Assembly (NCBI GenBank): GCA_013204645.1
Contig: JABMSE010000125.1
Location: 1-51,696, forward strand
From: Candidatus Saganbacteria bacterium
GTDB taxonomy: Bacteria > Margulisbacteria > WOR-1 > O2-12-FULL-45-9
DNA: 51,696 bases
Direction of reading: 5' to 3'
Position numbers and translations under genes: made by a program. This document shows positions 35,623-42,286 of this stretch, one piece after another; position 1 is the first letter of the stretch; every line of letters begins with the position of its first letter. The notes under the pieces are model-generated. The model was not told where the DNA came from. It made no database searches and saw nothing but the letters and a program-made list of their open reading frames with translations.

Positions 35623-36323
35623 CGTCTGCGCTGGCGGCTGCGCTGGCGGCTGCGATCCATAACCCCAATCCCAGGAGGAATAGCCGATTTAAACTCTCTC
35701 TTATCTCTGCTACCCCCACCACCATGGCTTCGGCCAGGACGGCTTGGGCCAGTAGTTCCCTTGGCTGACTCCCTCCCGGAGGTTGAACGTACAGCAACAA
35801 GAATGCGACAGGAATTTTCTAACGCCGAGGTAAATTTATAGGCCTCCTCGAGTGTTTTCCCGGTTGCAAAACTCCCATGGCTTTTTAGCATGGCAACAAC
35901 ATTTTCCCTCCCCAAAAAAGAGGGAAGCAGGCGCACGGTTTCTTCAGACCCTACTCCACCCCGAACCCTTACAATGGGAGCAGCTTTATAAAGAAAAAGC
36001 CCTTCTGCATCCTGAGGAACCACTTTATTATCTGTAATCGAGATGGCAATTGCGTTGGCCGGATGGGCATGGATAATAGCTTGGGCACTACTTTGCTTGT
36101 AAACCGCCCGATGGGTCGCCAAGTCCGCAGAGGCCAAATCGTCATCTTCTTTTGGTGTAATGGATGCTTCGATAATATCTCCTTCTTTTAAATCACCCAG
36201 CATTGCCTCTTTTCGCGTTATAAAAATTTTATCTCCCTGGCGAATGCTCATGTTGCCACCGTGAGAATCAACTAATTTTTCCTCAAACATATATTTCCCA
36301 ATCCGTCTAAATTCCTCAAACAT
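35619..36323 (-). CDS. Class II aldolase/adducin family protein (FucA/MtnB-like) with a low-complexity basic C-terminal tail
   Basis: DSHGGNMSIR and AIIHAHPANAIAIS. I prefer the start MFEEFRR (36323). The track ORF begins at 36401, inside the PfkB gene. The last ~55 aa (GRESAKGTTGPSRPGRSHGGGGSRDK...SRQRSRQRRR) are encoded by a GC-rich segment. Confidence 0.7.
   Translation of the reverse strand: MFEEFRRIGKYMFEEKLVDSHGGNMSIRQGDKIFITRKEAMLGDLKEGDIIEASITPKEDDDLASADLATHRAVYKQSSAQAIIHAHPANAIAISITDNKVVPQDAEGLFLYKAAPIVRVRGGVGSEETVRLLPSFLGRENVVAMLKSHGSFATGKTLEEAYKFTSALENSCRILVAVRSTSGRESAKGTTGPSRPGRSHGGGGSRDKREFKSAIPPGIGVMDRSRQRSRQRRR
35626..35654. repeat. 12-nt tandem repeat (ctgcgctggcgg x2 plus a partial copy) at the aldolase 3' end/rel start
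   Basis: ctgcgctggcgg ctgcgctggcgg ctgcg. This encodes the SRQRSRQRRR tail. The aldolase TGA overlaps the rel ATG (ATGA). Confidence 0.7.
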
Positions 36324-37254
36324 TTTTTGCCTCCTTTTCTGAAAGTGATTCGAATTCTGAAAAACAACGAAATTCATCAAAGCGCGTGAAAATCTCCTCA
36401 TGTTTTAGGCGTTTCATTCTATCCAGGCTAAAATCCTCAACATTAAAGGAAGCCATAACTGAGCCAACAATAATGGCTCGCCTAATATTTTTCTCGGACA
36501 TATCATTTGTCTTTGCCAAATAGCCCATAAATCCCCCAGCAAAAGAATCACCTGCTCCAGTTGGATCACGCAACATATCCTGGGGATAAGAAGGAGCTGA
36601 AAAATGTAGCTTATCTGTAAAAAGGAGGGCCCCATGCTCGCCCTTCTTAATAATAACTGCCTTGGCCCCCAGCTTTAGCAGCTTTTTCGCCGCAATAGGA
36701 ATATTAGGTGTTTCCATGAAGTGCCGGGCTTCCCCATCATTCATCAATACAAAGTCAACGCGTTTGATAACTTCACGCAATGCATCCCGCTTATTATTAA
36801 TCCAAAAATCCATGGTATCCATGGCCACCAGGGTTGGCTTCTCTAACTGATCCAGGACCTTTAGTTGTAATTCTGGATCAAGGTTGGCCAAAAAGACAAA
36901 TTGTGCGCTTTTTAGCTTTTCCGGTAGTTTGGGATCAAACATGGTATAAACATTTAAGCGCGTATCGCGCGTATGGGCCTGGTTCATATCATATTCATAA
37001 TAACCTGACCAACGAAAAGTTTCTCCCGGGACAACCTGAATCCCAGATATGTCAATTTTTTTGGATTTCAAAAAATCGAGATGTTTCTTTGGAAAATCAA
37101 CCCCCACCACCCCACAAATCGCTGTATCAGCATAAAAGCTAGAAGATATCCCAGCATGGATAGCCGAACCACCTAATATTTCGTTCTTTTTACCAAAGGG
37201 CGTTTCAACCGTATCCAATCCTATGGTGCCAACTATAAGCACTCCCATTTTCAA
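36316..37254 (-). CDS. PfkB-family carbohydrate kinase
   Basis: DPTGAGDSFAGGFMGYLA is the ribokinase/PfkB signature 2. There is an N-terminal GG dipeptide region. Confidence 0.8.
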   Translation of the reverse strand: MKMGVLIVGTIGLDTVETPFGKKNEILGGSAIHAGISSSFYADTAICGVVGVDFPKKHLDFLKSKKIDISGIQVVPGETFRWSGYYEYDMNQAHTRDTRLNVYTMFDPKLPEKLKSAQFVFLANLDPELQLKVLDQLEKPTLVAMDTMDFWINNKRDALREVIKRVDFVLMNDGEARHFMETPNIPIAAKKLLKLGAKAVIIKKGEHGALLFTDKLHFSAPSYPQDMLRDPTGAGDSFAGGFMGYLAKTNDMSEKNIRRAIIVGSVMASFNVEDFSLDRMKRLKHEEIFTRFDEFRCFSEFESLSEKEAKNV

Positions 37255-37266
37255 AAACTCCTTTCA

Positions 37267-37524
37267 CTATTGTAATATAGACAAGATTATTCTTTGTGAA
37301 ATCCACAAGAATATTATTAACACAAAAGGCGAAACATCCATTCCAATCCGTGCCGGGGGAAGCCCGGCCCGCACAATAGACAAAATCGGTTCAGTTAAAA
37401 GATAAACCGGTCGCAAAAAGGGATTCATCCGGTTATGCGGCAACCAAGGCAGTATGGCTCGCAAAGCTAAAAGAACATAATAGCACCCAAAGAGAAAATT
37501 AATAACGAAAATCAAAAAATCCAT
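37267..37524 (-). CDS. yggT: YggT family membrane protein
   Basis: 85 aa with LLALRAILPWLP...PVYLLTEPILSIVR. It sits in a sepF-proC-yggT context. Confidence 0.75.
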   Translation of the reverse strand: MDFLIFVINFLFGCYYVLLALRAILPWLPHNRMNPFLRPVYLLTEPILSIVRAGLPPARIGMDVSPFVLIIFLWISQRIILSILQ

Positions 37525-37527
37525 TGA

Positions 37528-38346
37528 TTACTTGGTCCACTTCCTTGAAAGAAGCTTAGATTTTTTGGCAGCAGCGCGCACTGCACCCATGAGGTCATGA
37601 AAAAATTTTCCTTTTTCCAGAACCTTTAACCCCTCAATGGTTGTTCCTCCGGGCGAAGCAACCATTTTCCGAAGCTCCCGCGCAGACTTTCCGGTTTCAA
37701 GCATAGTTTTGGCTGAACCTAGCACTGTTTGCAGGGCAAGTTCTTGCGCGGACTTATGATCAAGCTTTAACTCACAGCCAGCAGCAATCATGGCTTCAAT
37801 CGTTAAATATATAAAAGCTGGCCCGGAACCAGATAGTCCTGTCACAGCATCCATTGATTTTTCGGAAACCTCAATTGCTTTGCCCACTTTTTCAAAAAGC
37901 ATTCTGGCTTTTTTAAATGCGGCGTTGGATACTTTCGGCCCCTTAGTCAAGGCAGTTATCCCCATGCCAACCAAACAAGGATTATTGGGCATAGCGCGCA
38001 CAATTGGAACTCCCGGCAATTTTTTCTGCAAATAGTTTAAGGGGATGCCGGCTGCAATTGATATGATTAATTTATTCTGCCACTGTGTCGCTGTGTTACT
38101 GTATCGCTGTGTCTCAAGTTCCCTCAAAACCTCTGCCATAGTTTCCGGCTTAACCGCCAAAATGACAATTTGGGCCTTGGCAAACACAGCAAGATTAGTT
38201 TTAGCAACCTTAATTTTATATTTGCGCTTAAGATAGCTAAGCCGTTTTTTAGAAATATCAGAAGCAATAATACTTTGAGGCGAACCCAGGCGGCTAATCA
38301 GTGCCTCGGCCATCTTCCCTGCCCCAATAAATCCAACGCGTGTCAC
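37528..38346 (-). CDS. proC: Pyrroline-5-carboxylate reductase
   Basis: VGFIGAGKMAEALI, RAMPN and SPGGTTIEGL. Confidence 0.85.
   Translation of the reverse strand: MTRVGFIGAGKMAEALISRLGSPQSIIASDISKKRLSYLKRKYKIKVAKTNLAVFAKAQIVILAVKPETMAEVLRELETQRYSNTATQWQNKLIISIAAGIPLNYLQKKLPGVPIVRAMPNNPCLVGMGITALTKGPKVSNAAFKKARMLFEKVGKAIEVSEKSMDAVTGLSGSGPAFIYLTIEAMIAAGCELKLDHKSAQELALQTVLGSAKTMLETGKSARELRKMVASPGGTTIEGLKVLEKGKFFHDLMGAVRAAAKKSKLLSRKWTK
38083..38115. repeat. 8-nt-period degenerate tract inside proC
   Basis: ctgtgtcg ctgtgtta ctgtatcg ctgtgtct c. This encodes ETQRYSNTATQW. Confidence 0.55.
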
Positions 38347-38359
38347 AATGTTACCTCAA

Positions 38360-38803
38360 TTATCTTGAAAAAAATGTTTCCCTTTTTTCGGATTCAACCC
38401 CTAAGTCTTCTTCCAGGGTAGATCGCTCATCAGCCGAAGTAATGGCAATATTCTGGGGGGTAAACATAAAAAGCGATTCGCCAATTTTCATCATGTGGCC
38501 ATCAATCGCATAGGCGGTACCGCAGACAAAATCAATCAAGCGGGTACCCTCCGCTGGATCAAGATGTTTAAGATTAATCACTACCGGCGATCCAGACCTA
38601 AGGTGGGTAGAAATATTTAGCGAGTCCTCATAAACCTTAGGCTCATAAAACATAATATCAGAGCTACCGCCTTCGCCTTTGGGCTCCTTTTTACCTTTGA
38701 GGATAGTGCTCATATCCATCTGCTGACCGTAGTGTTTATCTTCCTCTCCTTCTTCCTCCAAACCTATAAAAGCCTTAGCCCGTTTAAACAAACCTTCTAC
38801 CAT
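38360..38803 (-). CDS. sepF: Cell division protein SepF
   Basis: GSPVVINLKHLDPAEGTRLIDFVCGTAYAIDGHMMKIGESLFMFTP. Confidence 0.85.
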   Translation of the reverse strand: MVEGLFKRAKAFIGLEEEGEEDKHYGQQMDMSTILKGKKEPKGEGGSSDIMFYEPKVYEDSLNISTHLRSGSPVVINLKHLDPAEGTRLIDFVCGTAYAIDGHMMKIGESLFMFTPQNIAITSADERSTLEEDLGVESEKRETFFSR

Positions 38804-38809
38804 TTACTA

Positions 38810-39502
38810 TCATCTCCTCTCACCAAATATGGCTCGGCCAATGCGCACCATATTTGATCCTTCAGAAATAGCGATCTCAAAGTCATCGGTCATTCCCATC
38901 GAAAGATACGCAATCGAAACATTCGGAAGGTCTAACTTTCTAATTTCTTCGCTCAATTTTCTTAATCTTATAAAGGAGGGTCTAGCCGCTTCTGGATCAT
39001 CTGCTAAAGGTCCAATCGTCATCAGACCTCGAACGTTAATATTACCAAAATTTGATATTTTTTTCAAAAAATCTACAACCGAATCAGGCGGCAATCCATA
39101 TTTTGTTGCTTCTTTTGAGGTGTTAACTTCAACCAAAATCTGTGTTCCCTCGGGACGAAGTCGGTGTTCTATTTCTTTAGCTAACCGTTCTGAATCAACC
39201 GATTGTATTATAGCAAAGAGATCAAGCGCTTGTCTAACCTTATTTCTCTGCAGGTGGCCTAGCATGTGCCAAGTAACATTTGGATATTTTTGTTTTAGGG
39301 CTTCAATTTTGGGTTTTGCTTCCTGGACCCGATTTTCACCGATGTCGACTATTCCGGCTTGGATAGCTTGTTCAATTAACTCAACCGGAACGGTTTTGGT
39401 AACGGCAATAAGTTTAATCTCTTCGGGATTTCTCCCGGATTTCTGGGCAGCTATTGAAATACGTTGACGAATAGCTTCTAAGTTGGCTTTAATATCGGGC
39501 AT
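38810..39502 (-). CDS. yggS: YggS-family pyridoxal phosphate homeostasis protein
   Basis: LIAVTKTVP, WHMLGHLQRNK and LSMGMTDDFEIAI. Confidence 0.85.
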   Translation of the reverse strand: MPDIKANLEAIRQRISIAAQKSGRNPEEIKLIAVTKTVPVELIEQAIQAGIVDIGENRVQEAKPKIEALKQKYPNVTWHMLGHLQRNKVRQALDLFAIIQSVDSERLAKEIEHRLRPEGTQILVEVNTSKEATKYGLPPDSVVDFLKKISNFGNINVRGLMTIGPLADDPEAARPSFIRLRKLSEEIRKLDLPNVSIAYLSMGMTDDFEIAISEGSNMVRIGRAIFGERR

Positions 39503-39553
39503 GCAAAATCAGTATAGCTTGGCAAAAAAGGGGTGTCAAACCAAAACCTGGTG

Positions 39554-39574
39554 CTTAGGTGCCAGGCACCTAAG
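39554..39574. repeat. REP-like perfect hairpin CTTAGGTGCC-A-GGCACCTAAG in the yggS/kinase divergent spacer
   Basis: 21-nt palindrome read directly from the sequence. Its core is GTGCCAGGCAC. Confidence 0.8.
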
Positions 39575-39692
39575 GGGCAGGCAGGGATCTTAAGATTATG
39601 CGCAAAATCTGAAATTTTTCATCTATTCCTTCGATAATAAACCAGAAGGGTTTTAGTTGCGTCTAGAACGAAGTGAATTTGAGGTTTAAGCT

Positions 39693-40799
39693 ATGTCAGC
39701 GAGAATAAATTTACTACCGCAAATATGGGTTACATCACAACGTGGAGTAGTTGCTCACGCCACGCATGCGGACGTAATACTTAGAAGGGTGGCGGCAAAA
39801 ATTGCAAACCGAGGGGATGACATTAGAGATAAATTAACCGGTCGCTATCGCTTGATAATAAAGCTAGGATCGGGGGCGAGATCAGAAGTATGGATGGTCG
39901 CTAGAGATAAAAGGTTGGGAAGAGGCATGGGAATGGATGCACTGAAATTTTCAGAAAATACGCCCGCGTGTCATCGGACATTGGGGGGGGTTGAGGAGAG
40001 TGGTGTGATTTTTATTCCTGAGTGGCAACGGCGCTATGGACAAGAGTGGCATGAATTTTGTGAGAGGGAGTGGCGTCCCCAATTAAGCATTGAAGCACGT
40101 TTTTTAGCTTTTCTGAATGAAGCTAAGGTGAAAGGAGTGCCACATTATCGTGGATACGGTCGAGTCGGCCTAAAAGAAGAATACTTAGCAATGGACGTGA
40201 TTGGGGGTTCTCCATTAAAAAAAATGCTTCAAGACAAACAGGAACATGGTCAGGCTTTTTCTTTGGCGGCAGCACTAAACATTGTGGAGCAAGTTGCTAG
40301 AACCCTTCAGCAAGCAAAGTTAGCTGGGGATAGGCTGGGCAGAGTGGTAGTAAACGCAGATGTTAAACCACATAATATTGTTGTAACGGAAGATGGGATT
40401 GCAATTCTTCTTGATTGGGGACTTGGAGCACTCATTTGGGATTTGATTCCAAGAGGGGAAGGAATAATACGTGGTTCACCAGCGTATTTGGCTCCTGAGA
40501 GTTGTAAAGGAAAAATGCAAACTTATAAAGCAGATATTTTTTCTCTGGGGGTGGTTTTGTGGGAGATGGTGGAAGGCGAACATCCGTTGGTGGATTGCGG
40601 ATCAGTGGGCGAGATTTTGAAAACAATTGTTGAAGATGACTTTCCACGCTGCACACGTGTGCCAATGGCAGATGGGCTTATTCAACAAATGGTTTGTAAA
40701 GATCCTACGCAAAGGATTGATTACCCAGCATTATTTGAACAGATAAATGTTGTTAGGTGGAATGCCGGCATCCGGCAAACAGGCGGTCCGAGATATTAA
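39693..40799 (+). CDS. Atypical Hanks-type Ser/Thr protein kinase (soluble, single domain, non-RD)
   Basis: Motifs: LGSGARSEVW (Gly loop), ALKF (Lys), NADVKPHN (catalytic loop, with HRD replaced by NAD), DWG (in place of DFG), GSPAYLAPE and DIFSLGVVLWEM. The RBS GAGG lies 9 nt upstream. Confidence 0.75.
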   Translation: MSARINLLPQIWVTSQRGVVAHATHADVILRRVAAKIANRGDDIRDKLTGRYRLIIKLGSGARSEVWMVARDKRLGRGMGMDALKFSENTPACHRTLGGVEESGVIFIPEWQRRYGQEWHEFCEREWRPQLSIEARFLAFLNEAKVKGVPHYRGYGRVGLKEEYLAMDVIGGSPLKKMLQDKQEHGQAFSLAAALNIVEQVARTLQQAKLAGDRLGRVVVNADVKPHNIVVTEDGIAILLDWGLGALIWDLIPRGEGIIRGSPAYLAPESCKGKMQTYKADIFSLGVVLWEMVEGEHPLVDCGSVGEILKTIVEDDFPRCTRVPMADGLIQQMVCKDPTQRIDYPALFEQINVVRWNAGIRQTGGPRY

Positions 40800-40812
40800 G
40801 GTTAATTACTCC

Positions 40813-40906
40813 CTTAGGTGCCTGGCACACTTCCGTAAACCGGTAACCAGTGTCCCAGGAACCGTCGAGAACCTGTGCCAGGCACAGGTTGTGCCTGGCA
40901 CCTAAG
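40813..40906. repeat. REPIN-like element: inverted REP pair with an internal perfect hairpin, between the convergent kinase and RAYT genes
   Basis: cttaggtgcctggcac (40813-40828) and gtgcctggcacctaag (40891-40906) are inverted, 15 of 16 complementary. acctgtgcc-a-ggcacaggt lies at 40871-40889. Confidence 0.75.
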
Positions 40907-40917
40907 CGGGGATTTCC

Positions 40918-41568
40918 CTACCAACGGCGGTGCAGTATTATCCCGCTTTTCCTGTGCCATTTCTCAATAAATTTTCTATCCCCCAACGGCAGCCCCCTTC
41001 TAGTATATTCTCTTATCGTTTCTAAGTATTCTTTGTCCCCCCCCACTTTAATAAATTCCTTCCAGTCTTTTTGCTCCATTCTTATATATTTAAACAAATC
41101 ACCTTTCACAAGTTTAGAATCCTTTTCTTCGCCAATATGATAAGCAGCACTTGACCATGGCCAATCCCAGGCTTTCTTTACCATTTTTGCCCTAACTGGA
41201 TTACGTTCTACATAGCGAGCTGCGGAAAACAGGTGTCTCTCGTCGAGAATGCAAGAATAAAACCTCCCCTCCCACGCATGCCCAGACCGCCCCAATTTTT
41301 TACCAAAATAGCGGCTATACTGGGTGTGGGCACAAAGAATTGTCTTGCTCAATGAATCTGGTTGCTGTGGAACGGCAATAAAATGAACATGGTTGGGCAT
41401 CAAACAATACGAAAGAACAACCAGGTTATACTCTAAACAATATTTGCTTAACAATGAAAGATACTTATTGCGATCGTAATCATCAAAAAAAATCTTCTGC
41501 TTGTTGTTGCCCCGGTGAGTCACATGATACGGATAACCAACTCCTACGATTCGCGGTAATCTTCCCAT
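40918..41568 (-). CDS. IS200/IS605-type Y1 (HUH) transposase of the REP-associated (RAYT/TnpA_REP) kind
   Basis: From Met78 of the track ORF: MGRLPRIVGVGYPYHVTHRGNNKQKIF, LMPNHVHFIAVP (HUH motif) and ARYVERNPVRAKMV (catalytic Tyr motif). AAGGAGG lies 9 nt upstream of this ATG. The 77 upstream codons run through REP copies and AT-rich DNA. Confidence 0.8.
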   Translation of the reverse strand: MGRLPRIVGVGYPYHVTHRGNNKQKIFFDDYDRNKYLSLLSKYCLEYNLVVLSYCLMPNHVHFIAVPQQPDSLSKTILCAHTQYSRYFGKKLGRSGHAWEGRFYSCILDERHLFSAARYVERNPVRAKMVKKAWDWPWSSAAYHIGEEKDSKLVKGDLFKYIRMEQKDWKEFIKVGGDKEYLETIREYTRRGLPLGDRKFIEKWHRKSGIILHRRW

Positions 41569-41581
41569 TTTAAAATCCCTC

Positions 41582-41634
41582 CTTAGGTGCCTGGCACAGT
41601 TAGCTTTGTGCCTGGCACGAGCTGTGCCTGGCAC
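41582..41634. repeat. Direct cluster of three REP cores immediately upstream of the RAYT gene
   Basis: cttaggtgcctggcac agttagcttt gtgcctggcac gagct gtgcctggcac. Confidence 0.8.
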
Positions 41635-41830
41635 GATTTGCATCTCCGGACACCATTTATTAAGTAGTAGCAAGGTTATTACCAGGAATACGAATAATTC
41701 TAATAAAAACCGAATTGCACTAATTTTTCGTATAAACACAACAAAAAGCATTCGCCTCATTCGACTACTCATTTGTAAAATTCGTATTACAGGTGCCAAG
41801 ATCTCGACACCCCTAAATCAACTTGAACTC

Positions 41831-41893
41831 GTACCTGGCACAGTTGCTTAGGTGCCTGGCACGAGCTGTGCCTGGCACCGGCGTGCCTGGCAC
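41831..41893. repeat. Second direct cluster of four REP cores (the first is degenerate)
   Basis: gtacctggcac agttg cttaggtgcctggcac gagct gtgcctggcac cggc gtgcctggcac. About 45 nt are nearly identical to 41590-41634. Confidence 0.8.
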
Positions 41894-41956
41894 AGTTTGC
41901 CAGTTTGGCAATTTCACTTTTAGCCTAATTTTATGTACAATACTTGTATGCCTTAT

Positions 41957-42286
41957 ATGCGAAAATTAAGCTGGCTTTTACTTGTGGTCTTAGCTGCCAC
42001 GGTTATCAACTACCCCAACCCCTTCAATCCCCAAGGAGGAGAAATTACAACCATTGAATGTACGGCCGACACAACAGCTGAAGCCTTCCTCTATATATAT
42101 GATATGGCAGCATGCCGTATTTTGCGCACAGCCTTTAATCAAACTGGCGGCACCACCAACCAAATCACCTGGAATGGCTACAGCGGCTACAATAATCTAG
42201 TGGGAAACGGGGTTTATTTATATTGGATCGTTGACACATCCCGGAATCGGATTGGCAGGGGGAAGATATGGGTTGTGAATCAATGA
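41957..42286 (+). CDS. Small secreted protein consisting only of a FlgD-Ig/T9SS C-terminal-sorting-domain-like module
   Basis: Signal peptide MRKLSWLLLVVLAA, then NYPNPFNP...EAFLYIYDMAACRILRT...ITWNGY...NGVYLYWIV...GKIWVVN. The track ORF starts at 41933. I prefer Met9. Confidence 0.6.
   Translation: MRKLSWLLLVVLAATVINYPNPFNPQGGEITTIECTADTTAEAFLYIYDMAACRILRTAFNQTGGTTNQITWNGYSGYNNLVGNGVYLYWIVDTSRNRIGRGKIWVVNQ

Larger units (their letters stand above)
40813..41893 (-). mobile_element. REP-RAYT unit (a Y1 transposase gene flanked on both sides by its putative cognate REP sequences)
   Basis: See the individual REP and CDS features. The arrangement of a RAYT gene flanked by REPs is the defining arrangement of this element class. 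Confidence 0.65.

Noticed and set aside
35609-35800. A 63-aa minus-strand ORF (MLLYVQPPGG...) in the GC-rich segment before rel.
   Set aside because: It is an alternative frame of the aldolase tail region. Its Ala/Leu-rich low complexity is typical of GC-rich out-of-frame translation, and it has no RBS.
38829-39467. Long antisense ORFs. Examples are 38829..39467 (+, 212 aa, opposite yggS), 34780..35337 (+, opposite rel), 33923..34396 (+), 7802..8206 (+), 49061..49492 (+), 43648..44121 (-, opposite rpsB) and 18468..18869 (+).
   Set aside because: Each lies fully within a confidently identified gene on the other strand. They have Ser/Leu/Arg-rich shadow-frame composition and no recognisable motifs.
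39693-41568. The kinase and RAYT genes as a two-gene toxin-antitoxin or defence operon.
   Set aside because: The genes are convergent, not co-transcribed, and are separated by a REPIN. No other defence-associated domains are adjacent. The idea is kept only as a weak possibility under the kinase finding.
40918-41799. The full 293-aa track ORF as the transposase CDS.
   Set aside because: The first 77 codons run through REP copies and AT-rich DNA and encode low-complexity hydrophobic sequence. Homology to Y1 transposases begins at Met78, which has a strong AAGGAGG RBS.
41606-41851. An 81-aa plus-strand ORF between the two REP clusters.
   Set aside because: It starts and ends inside REP copies, has low-complexity Asn/Ile/Arg-rich content and has no RBS. 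It is most likely non-coding.
41582-41893. A CRISPR array formed by the closely spaced GTGCCTGGCAC copies.
   Set aside because: The repeats are only 11-16 nt long, the spacers are 4-10 nt and irregular, and there are no cas genes. The pattern fits REP clusters next to a Y1 transposase.
41590-41910. Sigma-54 promoters. The REP core contains TGGCAC, which is followed by GC-containing words (ctggcacgatttgca at 41628, ctggcacagtttgcc at 41887, ctggcacagttagct at 41591).
   Set aside because: The GG-to-GC spacing is 8 nt in all three cases, whereas the sigma-54 consensus TGGCACG-N4-TTGC requires 10. The resemblance follows from the palindrome GTGCCWGGCAC. No enhancer-binding protein or rpoN is present in the window.
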